Made by a program: the position numbers and the translations under genes
Notes under the pieces: model-generated
What the model saw: only the letters and a program-made list of their open reading frames with translations
Told to the model about the DNA's origin: nothing
Databases searched by the model: none
Shown here: positions 52,764 through 62,921 of the stretch, one piece after another
Numbering within the stretch: the first letter of the stretch is position 1
Layout of the letters: each line of letters starts with the position of its first letter
From: Eubacteriales bacterium
Lineage (GTDB): Bacteria > Bacillota > Clostridia > Oscillospirales > CAG-272
Length of the DNA: 64,000 nt
Reading direction: 5' to 3'
Assembly: GCA_045542275.1 (NCBI GenBank)
Contig: JAZQKP010000016.1
Location: 5,576-69,575 of the forward strand

Positions 52764-53924
52764 ATGTATAAAATTCATGTAGTTGTATGTCAAAGCGAGG
52801 ATGTGGCTTATATTGACACTAAAAAGGAGCTTCTTGCCTTTTCCACTCTCTATGACCACACATTCAGAAAATTCGAGGACGCAGCCTTCTCTCTTAATCT
52901 TGACTGTCAGGTGCTTCATGAATCCACCTTTGAGCTTACCGGCGCAACTCAGGAAATTGCCGCAGACGTGGACGATATTATTATTTTTGCAAGTCCCTTT
53001 GCATTTCTTGCCCCTGCCCATGATGTAGAGCTTGCGCTTAATTACGCCCTTACAACAGACCTTGGATATGCTACTGTCGGCTCTATGCGAAGCCTCTACG
53101 CCGTTATCGGTAGCGGAAAGATGCTTATTGATGATACAACCCTTAATTCACCCTACGATTTTATATCCAGCATCGGTGCGTGCGGTGCAAAGTGCAATCC
53201 CCGTGGCTATTGCGAAGGTGAAAATGCAATCTGCAACAGCCGTGACGAGTATGATGTAAGGGTGGAAAGATACAGGGCTGAATTCCTTACCTATCTTAAC
53301 AAAAGAGGTATAAAGATCGAAAACCCCGGCTCTGTGGTGGTTTCTCCCAATACGGAAATAGGCAGAGATACTATTCTTCTTCCCAACACACAGGTGTGCG
53401 CAGGTGCTAAAATCGGCAGACACTGTGTAATCGGACCATCCAGCGTGGTTTCCGGCTCCGTTTTGGGAAATGACTGTACGGTTACATCATCACAGATATA
53501 TCAGTCCTTTGTAGAAAGTGAGGCTGAAATCGGCCCATTTGCCTACATCGACGATAACACACGTATGCTACACAGGGTTAAGGTTGGTGCGTTTACCGAG
53601 GTACGTAGGTCACTTATCGGCGCATTTTCCGAAATCGGCTCTCACAGCCATATCGCCCATTGTGAAACAGGCCCTCACGTTCTTATCGGCTGTCACGTAT
53701 GCTGTGCAAACTATGACGGACGCAAGAATAACGCAGTTAAGATTTCCGAGGGCGCATTTGTCGGCTCAGGCACTATTCTTGTTGCTCCTGTAACTATCGG
53801 CACAGGTGCATTTACAGCTGCCGGCTCCACAATTACAGATAACGTGCCCGCAGGCTCTCTCGGTATCGCCCGTGAGTATCAGTCAAATCACGACGGCTGG
53901 GCAAGACGAAGAAGCAAAGCTTGA
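52764..53924 (+). CDS. GlmU-like protein: intact left-handed beta-helix acetyltransferase domain, degenerate N-terminal nucleotidyltransferase domain
   Basis: The C-terminal half has hexapeptide repeats and a GlmU-like end (ANYDGRKNNAVKISEGAFVGSGTILVAPVTIG...DNVPAGSL). The N-terminus (MYKIHVVVCQSEDVAY...) lacks the LAAGKGTRM-type signature. ATG at 52764 follows GGAGG. Confidence 0.65.
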   Translation: MYKIHVVVCQSEDVAYIDTKKELLAFSTLYDHTFRKFEDAAFSLNLDCQVLHESTFELTGATQEIAADVDDIIIFASPFAFLAPAHDVELALNYALTTDLGYATVGSMRSLYAVIGSGKMLIDDTTLNSPYDFISSIGACGAKCNPRGYCEGENAICNSRDEYDVRVERYRAEFLTYLNKRGIKIENPGSVVVSPNTEIGRDTILLPNTQVCAGAKIGRHCVIGPSSVVSGSVLGNDCTVTSSQIYQSFVESEAEIGPFAYIDDNTRMLHRVKVGAFTEVRRSLIGAFSEIGSHSHIAHCETGPHVLIGCHVCCANYDGRKNNAVKISEGAFVGSGTILVAPVTIGTGAFTAAGSTITDNVPAGSLGIAREYQSNHDGWARRRSKA

Positions 53925-54086
53925 GCTTTGCTTCAATGAATTGCCTTGCGGCATGAATTGGCTTTCGCCATGAATTGCAAAGCATGAATTGCACTGCGGT
54001 GCATAGGATAGGCAATTCAATTCACGGAGCGAAGCGAGAATTCACGGAACGAAGTGAGAATTCATGACACACCCGTGTCAATTCAT
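53914..54086 (+). repeat. ATGAATTG/CAATTCAT composite repeat, family 1, copy 3 (intercistronic, glmU-like to pth)
   Basis: Begins with hairpin GCAAAGC-TTGA-GCTTTGC, which contains the upstream stop codon. Four ATGAATTG units, then inverted-type units. Ends 18 nt before the pth start. Confidence 0.8.
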
Positions 54087-54104
54087 TCACTATGAAAGGA
54101 TACT

Positions 54105-54746
54105 ATGTCAAACATATTTGATTTATTTAAGAAGATTGAAAAGCCTGTTAACACTGCTCCTGTTACCCATATTGTAGCAGGACTTGGTAATCCGGGCGAA
54201 AAGTATACATTTACAAGGCACAATGCAGGCTTTCTTGCTATTGACTATTTAACAGAGAAGCTTAACGTTAAGTGCGACAGGGTTAAGTTTAAGGCGCTGA
54301 CAGGAGAGGCTGTAATCGGTAACACCCGTGTGCTTCTTATGAAGCCCCAGACCTTTATGAATTCATCGGGTGAGGCTGTATCCGAGGCTGCCGCCTTTTA
54401 TAAAATACCCCCCGAAAACATAATTGTCATTTCCGATGATGTGGCACAGGACATCGGCAGAGTCCGTGTTCGTAAATCGGGTAGTGCAGGCGGTCAAAAG
54501 GGGTTAAAATCTATAATTGAGCATTTAAAAACAGACACGTTCCCAAGGATTCGTATAGGCGTAGGACAAAAGCCTACACCCGAATATGACCTTGCCGACT
54601 GGGTGCTTGGCAGAATTCCCAAGGAAAATGAAAAGGCGCTCTACTCTGTTTTAGAGGTGGTGCCCCATATTCTCACTCTTATTTTAAAGGGTGATTTTGA
54701 CACCGCAATGTGCAACTATAACGGATTTAACGGAAATAAGATATAA
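54105..54746 (+). CDS. pth: Peptidyl-tRNA hydrolase
   Basis: VAGLGNPGEKYTFTRHNAGF and the DD..L..G..R motif. 213 aa with a short N-terminal extension. Confidence 0.92.
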   Translation: MSNIFDLFKKIEKPVNTAPVTHIVAGLGNPGEKYTFTRHNAGFLAIDYLTEKLNVKCDRVKFKALTGEAVIGNTRVLLMKPQTFMNSSGEAVSEAAAFYKIPPENIIVISDDVAQDIGRVRVRKSGSAGGQKGLKSIIEHLKTDTFPRIRIGVGQKPTPEYDLADWVLGRIPKENEKALYSVLEVVPHILTLILKGDFDTAMCNYNGFNGNKI

Positions 54747-54756
54747 GGAGAAAAAT

Positions 54757-56937
54757 ATGAAAAACTGTATTTGGATTACCAAAAAGGGCTCAGGCGTTTC
54801 TCATAATCGCCTTTACTACTTCAAGAAAACCTTTAATCTTGATAAAATTGACGGGGGAGTGGTTGAAATTTCTGCTCAGAGCCGTTACAGACTTTATATA
54901 AACGGACATTTCTGCGCCTTTGGCCCATGTAAGGGCACACGTGAGCAGGTGTTCTTTGATACGGTAGATGTTAAGGACTATCTTAAGATAGGTGAAAACG
55001 AAATCTTTGTAGAGGTTATTCAGCTTTACGGCAGAGATTCCGACGGCGGTATTACTCCTGCTGACGGTGTGCTTCGTACAGGTATTTGCGCCCTCTGCTT
55101 TGAGCTTACCTGTGGCGATACAGTAATCAAGGCTGACGAAAGCTGGCTTTGCGGTGAGCAAAAGGGACTTACAATGCTTTCCGCTATTCACGCAAACTCA
55201 GCCTCATTCCTTGAGGAGTTTGAAAGCTACCCTGTTGAATACGAAAACGCTGTAAAGCGCTGCGATGTGCATAACAATGAAAATGACCACTTCTGGTGGG
55301 GTGGCACATCAAATCTTTTCCTCTCAAAAAGACCTATCCCCATGCTGAAAATGACCGAAATCCCCATTACGTATGATGGGTTTTACTACGATGCAGGCTA
55401 TATTACCTTTGGCTTCCCCTTCTTTACCATTAAGGGTAAGGGCAAGGTAAGAATTGAATATTTTGAGTGCTTTGGCAAGCTTTATCCCACTAACACCAAG
55501 GCTGACCGTGCTGACCGTTCCCTTGGCTATGAGGACTTCTTTGCTGACACGGTTACAGTTGACGGCGAGCTTAAGTATTCCCCCTTCTGGTTCAGATGCT
55601 TCCGTTATGTAGCAATCAAGACTGAGGGCGATGTTACCGTTTCCTTTGATAAATTCCTTGAGGTTAATTATCCTATGCCTATCCGTAAGGATTACGATTT
55701 CGGCAGAGATGATGACAACAGGCTTTGGGAAATAAGCGTACGCACTCTCCAGAGATGTATGCACGAAACCTATGAGGACTGCCCCTATTATGAGCAGCTT
55801 CAGTACACAATGGATACCTCACTTCAGATGCTGTTTAACTATCAGCTTTGCGATGATGACGCCCTTGCCAGAAAGGCAATGGATGATTTCGCTGCGGCGC
55901 AGATGGCAAACGGACTTATGCCGTCACGCTACCCCTGTGTTTACGATCAGCATATTCCCTCCTTCCAGTTCTACTTTATATTTATGGTATATCAGCACTA
56001 CATTCGATTTGGCGACCTGTCCCTTGTAAGAAAGCATCTTCGTGCAATTGACGGTGTTGTTGAGTGGTTTACTGCTCTTATCGACGAGGACGGAATGGTT
56101 GGTCAGAGCAAGTACTGGAACTTTGTTGACTGGGCTAAGCCTTGGGTTTACGACCAGACACGTGGCTGTGAGGGTGGTGTTCCCCTTGGAGTATACGAGG
56201 GCAATATCGGTCTTTACAATCCTATGATGGCATACTTTTTACAGGTTGGCGCTAAGCTTAACGAGCTTTGCGGTCGCCGTGATGTTGCAAGAGAATATAT
56301 TAAAACCGCTAATCTTCTTATTAAGAATACAAAGAAATACTTCTACGATAAGAAAACAAAGCTGTTTGCAGACGATGTAAACCACATCTACTACTCTCAG
56401 CATATGCAGACCTGGTGTGTTCTTGCCGGTGTTGTCCGTGGAGAGCAGGCTAAGGAAATTATGACTCTCTCCCGTAATCTTGATGCCAAGAGCACCTATG
56501 CCTTTGCATTCTTCTACTTCCGTGCCCTTGAGTCCTGCGGTCTTTACGAATATACCGAGGATATGATGGACTCCTACCGCGGACTTCTTAAGCTTAACTG
56601 CACAACAGTACCCGAAACCCCTGAGGAATCAAGAAGCGAATGTCACGCTTGGGGCGCTATTGCACTTTACGAGTTCAGCGCTACTGTGCTTGGTGTAAGA
56701 ACAGAAAACGTAGCTGAAAAATCTATTTCCGTAAAGCCTTACATCAAGGACAGAGATTACGCCCGTGGCACAGTTTCCACTATTGCAGGAGATGTTACGG
56801 TTGAATGGAAGAAGGAAAACAACACATTTATTATTAATGTAAGCTCTGTAAACGATTGCGACAAGGTAGTTTATATGCCAAACGGCGATGTAGCTACCGT
56901 AAGTGAGAAAAACGGAACACTTACCTGTAATTTATAA
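54757..56937 (+). CDS. GH78-like alpha-L-rhamnosidase family glycoside hydrolase
   Basis: ATG at 54757 follows AAGGAG. The N-terminus [19 protein letters not shown] and the catalytic-domain segment [16 protein letters not shown] are typical of the rhamnosidase six-hairpin family. Confidence 0.6.
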   Translation: MKNCIWITKKGSGVSHNRLYYFKKTFNLDKIDGGVVEISAQSRYRLYINGHFCAFGPCKGTREQVFFDTVDVKDYLKIGENEIFVEVIQLYGRDSDGGITPADGVLRTGICALCFELTCGDTVIKADESWLCGEQKGLTMLSAIHANSASFLEEFESYPVEYENAVKRCDVHNNENDHFWWGGTSNLFLSKRPIPMLKMTEIPITYDGFYYDAGYITFGFPFFTIKGKGKVRIEYFECFGKLYPTNTKADRADRSLGYEDFFADTVTVDGELKYSPFWFRCFRYVAIKTEGDVTVSFDKFLEVNYPMPIRKDYDFGRDDDNRLWEISVRTLQRCMHETYEDCPYYEQLQYTMDTSLQMLFNYQLCDDDALARKAMDDFAAAQMANGLMPSRYPCVYDQHIPSFQFYFIFMVYQHYIRFGDLSLVRKHLRAIDGVVEWFTALIDEDGMVGQSKYWNFVDWAKPWVYDQTRGCEGGVPLGVYEGNIGLYNPMMAYFLQVGAKLNELCGRRDVAREYIKTANLLIKNTKKYFYDKKTKLFADDVNHIYYSQHMQTWCVLAGVVRGEQAKEIMTLSRNLDAKSTYAFAFFYFRALESCGLYEYTEDMMDSYRGLLKLNCTTVPETPEESRSECHAWGAIALYEFSATVLGVRTENVAEKSISVKPYIKDRDYARGTVSTIAGDVTVEWKKENNTFIINVSSVNDCDKVVYMPNGDVATVSEKNGTLTCNL

Positions 56938-56947
56938 GGAGAAAAAT

Positions 56948-57325
56948 ATGAAAATTGCACTTATTGCACACGATAAGAAAAAGGATACAATGATTAAGCT
57001 TGCAATCAAGTATCAGGATATTTTAAAGGACCATGAGCTTTACGCAACAGGCACAACAGGTACACTTGTAATGGGTGAAACCGGTCTTAAGATAACAAGA
57101 ATGAAAAGCGGTCCTCTCGGTGGTGACCAGCAGATAGGCTCCATGGTTGCCGAGGGCAAGCTTGACCTTATTATCTTCCTCCGTGACCCCCTTACCTCTC
57201 AACCTCACGAGCCTGACGTTTCCGCACTTCTCCGTCTTTGCGACGTTCAGTCAATTCCCTTGGCTACAAACTACAAAAGCGCCGAGATTATGCTTGACGC
57301 CATGAGAGCAGGTATAGTAAAATGA
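56948..57325 (+). CDS. mgsA: Methylglyoxal synthase
   Basis: [13 protein letters not shown]...LYATGTTG...[10 protein letters not shown]...FLRDPL motifs. ATG at 56948 follows AAGGAG. Confidence 0.9.
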   Translation: MKIALIAHDKKKDTMIKLAIKYQDILKDHELYATGTTGTLVMGETGLKITRMKSGPLGGDQQIGSMVAEGKLDLIIFLRDPLTSQPHEPDVSALLRLCDVQSIPLATNYKSAEIMLDAMRAGIVK

Positions 57326-57795
57326 AAAGATTTTTAAGCTTAATTCTTGTAATCGTCCTCTCCTTGTCCGTTCTTGCTTTTACAGGCTGTGGCGACAAGG
57401 TATATCCCGAGGACTACGAAAGCATTGTTCTTGATGAAGAAAAGCCGGTTGATTCTATAACTCTTCTTTATTCCGAGGGCGCTCTTTCCTCAAACACATT
57501 CTTCCCCATTGATGTTACCGATAAGGCTGTAATTGCAGACATTCTTACTCTTCTTAAGGACGCAGAGGACGGCTTTAAGGAAATTACAAACGAAGATGTG
57601 CTTACCCTTTCCGATGCTAACATATGCATTTCCGTAAAGAGTGGCGGCAGCTACGTTGCAAGATACTTTGTTTACGATACAGGCTACATCTACTCCCTTT
57701 CCGGCTACGTGGTAAACAAAAACTATCAGTCCCTTGATAAGACAAGCTACGCTGACCTTTTCGATATTTACGTTCGCCTCGGTGGTAAGCACTAA
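57322..57795 (+). CDS. Small lipoprotein, unknown family (paralog 1 of 3)
   Basis: Lipobox [17 protein letters not shown] segment shared in type with the two downstream paralogs. ATGA overlap with mgsA. Confidence 0.55.
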   Translation: MKRFLSLILVIVLSLSVLAFTGCGDKVYPEDYESIVLDEEKPVDSITLLYSEGALSSNTFFPIDVTDKAVIADILTLLKDAEDGFKEITNEDVLTLSDANICISVKSGGSYVARYFVYDTGYIYSLSGYVVNKNYQSLDKTSYADLFDIYVRLGGKH

Positions 57796-57889
57796 AGTGC
57801 AGCGTCCCACTACGCAGCGATATAAATCTCTTTCGAAATTTGCGATATAACTTCGATAAGATATGCCCTGTGTGGCACAGGAGGGTTTT

Positions 57890-58381
57890 ATGAAAAGAAT
57901 TATTAGTATAGCTTTGATTTTGGCTCTTTCTCTGTCAGCCTTTATTCATGTAGGCTGCAGTGCAGAAAAAAATGAAAGCGTTACTTACAACAAATACGTA
58001 GTCAATCGCACGGTTGACGTAGATAAAATAGAATTACATCATATGTACGGAACTCTTTCCTCAATCGTGGACTTTGCAGCCACAGCAGACACCGACGATT
58101 CCTCGGAGATAGAGGATTTTCTTAAAAAGCTTGCAAGCGAAGGTCTCAGCTTTGAGGCTATGGAGGAGGACACGTCCTTTAGTGAGCTGACGGTTACTGA
58201 GCATCTTGGTGTTCGTCTGTGTCACGGCAAGGATGAATACTGCTATATCAGAATAGCAACAACAGGATATGTTTACGTTTACGATACCGATAAAAACGAT
58301 GAAGAAATATGCTTTAAATCTACAACCACAGTAGATTTTAAAGCCTACAAGGATTTTTATAAAAAATGGTATAATTTTTAA
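57890..58381 (+). CDS. Small lipoprotein, unknown family (paralog 2 of 3)
   Basis: ATG at 57890 follows AGGAGGG. Signal MKRIISIALILALSLSAFIHVGC. TTGYVYVYD motif. Confidence 0.6.
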   Translation: MKRIISIALILALSLSAFIHVGCSAEKNESVTYNKYVVNRTVDVDKIELHHMYGTLSSIVDFAATADTDDSSEIEDFLKKLASEGLSFEAMEEDTSFSELTVTEHLGVRLCHGKDEYCYIRIATTGYVYVYDTDKNDEEICFKSTTTVDFKAYKDFYKKWYNF

Positions 58382-58393
58382 AAGGGGTCCCCT

Positions 58394-58861
58394 ATGAAAA
58401 GAATTATAAGTATTGCTTTACTTATTTCTCTTTGCCTCTCAGCCTTTATTCTTGTAGGCTGCAGCAAGGGAGAAAAAACAGGAATTGAAATGTACGATAA
58501 GTACATAGTTACGGGCTCTAAAAGGATACGTAATATAGAGGTATCCTACTATGAGGGAAGCCTCTCCTCTATAATGAATTTCCCCAAATCGTCAGAAAAG
58601 TCCGCTAAAATTGACAGAGTTGCAGACAAGCTTGCCTCCGAAAATCTTCAGTTTAAGCTTTTGAAGGGCGAGGTTCCCTTTATGCTTGAAAATGTTTTAT
58701 TTACCTTTAACAAGGGTACTGATGACGAGTACTCCATTATGGTTTATCAGGACGGATACGTATATATCTATGACATCGCCGAAAACGGCGCAAAGCTTTA
58801 CTATGTTTCCACCACAACAGTAAACAAGCAGGACTATATGGATATCTATAAAAATTGGTAA
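58394..58861 (+). CDS. Small lipoprotein, unknown family (paralog 3 of 3)
   Basis: Signal MKRIISIALLISLCLSAFILVGC. QDGYVYIYD motif. The C-terminus YMDIYKNW is similar to paralog 2. Confidence 0.6.
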   Translation: MKRIISIALLISLCLSAFILVGCSKGEKTGIEMYDKYIVTGSKRIRNIEVSYYEGSLSSIMNFPKSSEKSAKIDRVADKLASENLQFKLLKGEVPFMLENVLFTFNKGTDDEYSIMVYQDGYVYIYDIAENGAKLYYVSTTTVNKQDYMDIYKNW

Positions 58862-58867
58862 GGAAAT

Positions 58868-58900
58868 AAACACCGAATTCAGTGAAATTCGGTGTTTTTC
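58868..58900 (+). terminator. Rho-independent terminator
   Basis: Stem ACACCGAATT / AATTCGGTGT with a 6-nt loop and a T-run. Confidence 0.75.
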
Positions 58901-59094
58901 TTCAGCTTTTATGTATGTTTGTATACAAACCTACATACTATTTTGAGGGCAGAAATGCGAGAAATTTCCGTTTTTCTCTTGACATAATTGCTTCTATAAT
59001 ATAAAATAATAATGTGTATCTATGTCTTATTATACAGATGTAAGACTTTTACATATTGCATTACATACGGAAATAAAATGAAAAGGAGGTAGAA

Positions 59095-60636
59095 ATGGAA
59101 GTATTATATGCGGTTATCGGCGCAGTCGCTGGTATCGTTATCGGTATTCTCTTAGGCATTCTTTTGCGTAAGAAAATTGCCGAGAAACAGATAGGCTCTG
59201 CTGAAGAGCAGGCGAAGAAGCTCCTTGAGGACGCAATCAAGGCTGCTGAAACAAAACGCAAGGAATCAATACTTGAGGCTAAGGAAGAAATCCTTGCTGC
59301 TCGTAACGAGCACGAGCATGAGGTTAAGGAGCGTAGAGCTGAGCTTAGCCGACAGGAAATGCGTTTGAATACTCGAGAGGAAAATCTCGACAAAAAGATT
59401 GACGCCGTAGAAAAGAAGGACGAGCTTCTTTCCAAGAAAATTAAAGAAACAGAAGAATTAAATCAAAAAATCTCTCAGGCCCGTGATGAACAGCTTAAGC
59501 TGCTTGAAAAAATCTCGGGATACAGTATAGATGAGGCACGTGCTCTGCTTATCAAGAACCTTGAGGATGATGTTAAGTATGAGCAGGCTCAGAAGCTTAT
59601 TGAGCTTGAGGCTGAATTTAAAGAGGAGGCAGACAAAAAGGCAAAGAATATTATTTCTCTTGCTATTGCACGTTGCGCTGCCGACCACGTTTCTGAGGCT
59701 ACCATCTCCGTTGTGCCCTTGCCCAACGATGAGATGAAGGGTAGAATTATCGGACGTGAGGGACGTAATGTCCGTACTATTGAAAACCTTACAGGTGTTG
59801 AGCTTATTATTGACGATACACCTGAGGCAATTACAATCTCCGGCTTTGACCCCGTTCGCAGAGAGGTTGCAAGGCTTGCCCTTGAAAAGCTTATCTCCGA
59901 CGGTAGAATCCATCCTACAAGAATTGAGGATTGCGTTGAAAAGGCTAAGCGTGAGGTTGAAGCATCTATTAAGCAGGCAGGCGAAAAGGCTACCTTTGAC
60001 ACAGGCATTCACGGTCTTAATATTGAGCTTGTTAAGCTCCTTGGCAGACTTAAGTACAGAACCAGCTACGGTCAGAACGTGCTTACCCACTCTATCGAGG
60101 TTGCAGAGCTTGCAGGTGTTATGGCTGCTGAGCTTGGCGCAGATGTTACTCTTGCTAAGCGCGCAGGTCTTCTCCACGATATCGGTAAGGCTCTTACAGC
60201 TGAAATCGAGGGCTCCCACGTACAGATTGGCGTAGACGTGGCTAAGAAATATAAGGAAAGCAAGGAAATTCTCCATGCTATTGAGGCGCACCACGGTGAC
60301 GTTGAGCCTCACTCCATCATTGCGGTTATCGTTCAGGCTGCTGACGCAATTTCAGCTGCACGTCCCGGTGCCCGCCGTGAAAATCTTGAAAACTACATTA
60401 AGCGTCTTGAAAAGCTTGAGGAAATCGCAGGTGGCTTTGACGGAGTTGAAAAGACATTTGCAATTCAGGCAGGCCGTGAAATCAGAATTATGGTTAAGCC
60501 CGAGCTTATCAATGATGAAAGAATGGCGCTTGTTGCACGTGATATAGTTAAGAAGATTGAGTCCGAGCTTGAGTATCCCGGACAGATTAAGGTTAACCTT
60601 ATCCGTGAAAGCAGAGTTGTAGATTACGCAAAGTAA
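59095..60636 (+). CDS. rny: Ribonuclease Y
   Basis: N-terminal TM anchor, coiled-coil, KH domain ([12 protein letters not shown]), HD domain (LLHDIGKA...HH). 513 aa. Confidence 0.93.
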   Translation: MEVLYAVIGAVAGIVIGILLGILLRKKIAEKQIGSAEEQAKKLLEDAIKAAETKRKESILEAKEEILAARNEHEHEVKERRAELSRQEMRLNTREENLDKKIDAVEKKDELLSKKIKETEELNQKISQARDEQLKLLEKISGYSIDEARALLIKNLEDDVKYEQAQKLIELEAEFKEEADKKAKNIISLAIARCAADHVSEATISVVPLPNDEMKGRIIGREGRNVRTIENLTGVELIIDDTPEAITISGFDPVRREVARLALEKLISDGRIHPTRIEDCVEKAKREVEASIKQAGEKATFDTGIHGLNIELVKLLGRLKYRTSYGQNVLTHSIEVAELAGVMAAELGADVTLAKRAGLLHDIGKALTAEIEGSHVQIGVDVAKKYKESKEILHAIEAHHGDVEPHSIIAVIVQAADAISAARPGARRENLENYIKRLEKLEEIAGGFDGVEKTFAIQAGREIRIMVKPELINDERMALVARDIVKKIESELEYPGQIKVNLIRESRVVDYAK

Positions 60637-60653
60637 TAAATATGAAAACAATG

Positions 60654-60684
60654 AAAGCGAAGCCTGTGTGACTTCGCTTTCTTA
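60654..60684 (+). terminator. Stem-loop after rny (probable partial terminator)
   Basis: Stem AAAGCGAAG / CTTCGCTTT with a 9-nt loop and a short T tract. Confidence 0.55.
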
Positions 60685-60707
60685 AACAAAATGCACGCAT
60701 TAAACCG

Positions 60708-60799
60708 AGCCTCCATCTCAGAGGGAGGTGGCTCGCGTAGCGTGACGGAAGGAGTTACTCCCCCACCTACTACGTAGGAGCCCCCTCAACGAGGGAGCC
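60708..60799. repeat. Intergenic structured repeat, family 2, copy B (full length: left plus right modules)
   Basis: The left module matches 4980-5033 and the right module matches 48618-48664. Several short hairpins (CCTAC-TAC-GTAGG; CCCTC-AAC-GAGGG). Confidence 0.65.
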
Positions 60800-60833
60800 T
60801 GATATTACGTGCAGTAGAAAGAAAAATTAAAAA

Positions 60834-61628
60834 ATGAAAACCTTTAAAATTTTAGCTCTTGGGGATATATGCGGACCAAGAGCCCTTAAGTATGTTGCCT
60901 CTCACCTTTGGAAAATAAGAAAAGAGCTGAAGGTGGATATGGTTATTGCCAACGGTGAAAACTGCGCTGAGCCAAACGGAATCGACAAGGAAAGTGCAAT
61001 CGCTCTCTTTGACGGTGGCGTTGACGTTATTACCACAGGCAACCATGTTTGGCGCAAAAATAACGTGTTTTCCTACCTTGATGACGAAAAAAACCTGTTA
61101 CGTCCCTTAAATTTTCCGTCAGCCAACCCCGGTCACGGCTCTACCATTATTAAAATTGACGGTGTGCGTGTCCTCTGCTTAAACGTCCTTGGCTCTGCCT
61201 ATATGGACGCAAGCTCCTGTCCCTTTGAGGCTGTGGAAAGGGCCCTTTCCTATCACGCAGGAGAATACGATTTTGCTGTTTTGGATATTCACGCAGAGGC
61301 AACAGGCGAAAAAAAGGCTATCGCCTATAATTTTGCCGACAGAATAAGCGTTGCCTTTGGCACTCACACCCATGTGCAGACTAACGATGCCCAGATTTTA
61401 GAGGGCAGATGCGCTTACATTACCGACCTTGGTATGTGTGGCGCTGCCGATTCTATCCTTGGGGTGAAAAAAGAGGCAGTAATTCACAAGATGAAAACAA
61501 AAATGATGTCCCGATTTGACTTTGCCGAGGGGGAAATCTCTATTGAGGGCGCATTATTTGAGTTAAATACAGACACGTGGCACGGCGTTTCGTGCAAAAA
61601 TATTATATTTACGGGGGATTTAAAATGA
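60834..61628 (+). CDS. ymdB: YmdB-type metallophosphoesterase (TIGR00282 family)
   Basis: ILALGDICG...VIANGEN...TTGNHVW motifs. Conserved position downstream of rny. Confidence 0.85.
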   Translation: MKTFKILALGDICGPRALKYVASHLWKIRKELKVDMVIANGENCAEPNGIDKESAIALFDGGVDVITTGNHVWRKNNVFSYLDDEKNLLRPLNFPSANPGHGSTIIKIDGVRVLCLNVLGSAYMDASSCPFEAVERALSYHAGEYDFAVLDIHAEATGEKKAIAYNFADRISVAFGTHTHVQTNDAQILEGRCAYITDLGMCGAADSILGVKKEAVIHKMKTKMMSRFDFAEGEISIEGALFELNTDTWHGVSCKNIIFTGDLK

Positions 61629-62902
61629 AAACTACCCAGCTTTTGGAATATGTAAAGAACGGTCAGCTCAATGCTCGCTTGGCTGATATATACGGTGAAG
61701 AAAACGTAGCTGCACAGAAGGAGCGCTATCTTGATGCCATTTCCGAATTTTGTGAAATTTACGGAGAGATTGAGGCAGAGCTTTTCTCTGTTCCCGGCAG
61801 AAGTGAAATCTCCGGTAACCACACCGACCACAATCACGGTGAGGTCCTTGCCGGCTCTATTAACCTTGATATTATTGCTGTTGCAGCCAAGACCGATGAC
61901 GGTGTTATAAAAATCAAGTCTAAGGGCTTCCCTGAGGACGTAATTGATACAAATTCATACACCTCCCCAAGGGAAAAGGATTATTTTACCTCCGGTGCGC
62001 TTATTGCAGGTATGGCAAAAGCGTTTACCGATAACGGCTACACCAAGGGTGGCTATGTGGCTTATACCACATCAAACGTATTCAAGGGCTCCGGCCTTTC
62101 CTCCTCTGCTGCATTTGAGGTTATGGTTGGTAATATCCTTAACTATTTCTACAATGACGGCAAGGTAGACAATGTGGAAATTGCCAAGATGGCACAGTTC
62201 TCCGAAAATGTATTCTTCGGTAAGCCCTGTGGACTTATGGACCAGATGGCGTGTGCCGTAGGTGGATTTGTACATATTGATTTTCATGACCCCAAGTCCC
62301 CTGTTATAAACAAGATTAACTTTGATTTAAGTGGCGCAGGCTACTCCCTCTGTATTATCAATACAGGTGGAAACCACGCAGACTTGAATGAGGACTACGC
62401 ATCTGTTCCCGCAGAGATGAAGTCTGTTGCCAAGTATTACGGTAAGAGTGTGCTTGCCGAAATGGACAGAGAAACACTTATGTCCGATATTGAAAATCTT
62501 CGTAAGGCTGTTGGCGACCGTGCTATTCTCCGTGCTGCCCACTTCTTTAACGAAAATGACAGAGTTGAGGTTCAGGCAGAGGCGCTTAAGTGTAACGACC
62601 TTACAAGGTTCCTTCAGTATGTTCTTAAGTCCGGACAGTCCTCTTATATGTATCTTCAGAACGTGTTTACAACTAAGAACGTATCTGAGCAGGGTCTTTC
62701 ACTTGCCCTTTGCATTACAGATATGACTCTTAGCGGCACAGGTGCAGCTTGGCGAGTTCACGGCGGTGGCTTTGCAGGTACAATTCAGGTATTTGTTCCC
62801 CATAGCTATGTTGAGCTTTACAAGACTAACATCGAAAAGGCGTTCGGCAAGGGCGCTTGCCACGTGCTTCGTATCCGTCCCTACGGTGCAATCAAGGTTT
62901 AA
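61625..62902 (+). CDS. Galactokinase-family GHMP kinase
   Basis: ATG at 61625. PGRSEISGNHTDHNHG (galactokinase signature variant), GSGLSSSAA (GHMP ATP motif), HGGGFAGT. Confidence 0.75.
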   Translation: MKTTQLLEYVKNGQLNARLADIYGEENVAAQKERYLDAISEFCEIYGEIEAELFSVPGRSEISGNHTDHNHGEVLAGSINLDIIAVAAKTDDGVIKIKSKGFPEDVIDTNSYTSPREKDYFTSGALIAGMAKAFTDNGYTKGGYVAYTTSNVFKGSGLSSSAAFEVMVGNILNYFYNDGKVDNVEIAKMAQFSENVFFGKPCGLMDQMACAVGGFVHIDFHDPKSPVINKINFDLSGAGYSLCIINTGGNHADLNEDYASVPAEMKSVAKYYGKSVLAEMDRETLMSDIENLRKAVGDRAILRAAHFFNENDRVEVQAEALKCNDLTRFLQYVLKSGQSSYMYLQNVFTTKNVSEQGLSLALCITDMTLSGTGAAWRVHGGGFAGTIQVFVPHSYVELYKTNIEKAFGKGACHVLRIRPYGAIKV

Positions 62903-62921
62903 ATACACAATGAGGTTTTAA

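Noticed and set aside
58912-58938. Shared GTATGT...ACATAC inverted motif at 58912-58938 (flanking the 12-bp palindrome TTTGTATACAAA) and at 29214-29233, as evidence of a common regulator
   Set aside because: The shared half-site is only 6-7 nt in AT-rich DNA, and the spacing differs (4 nt versus about 14 nt). This is too weak to claim without a genome-wide frequency count.
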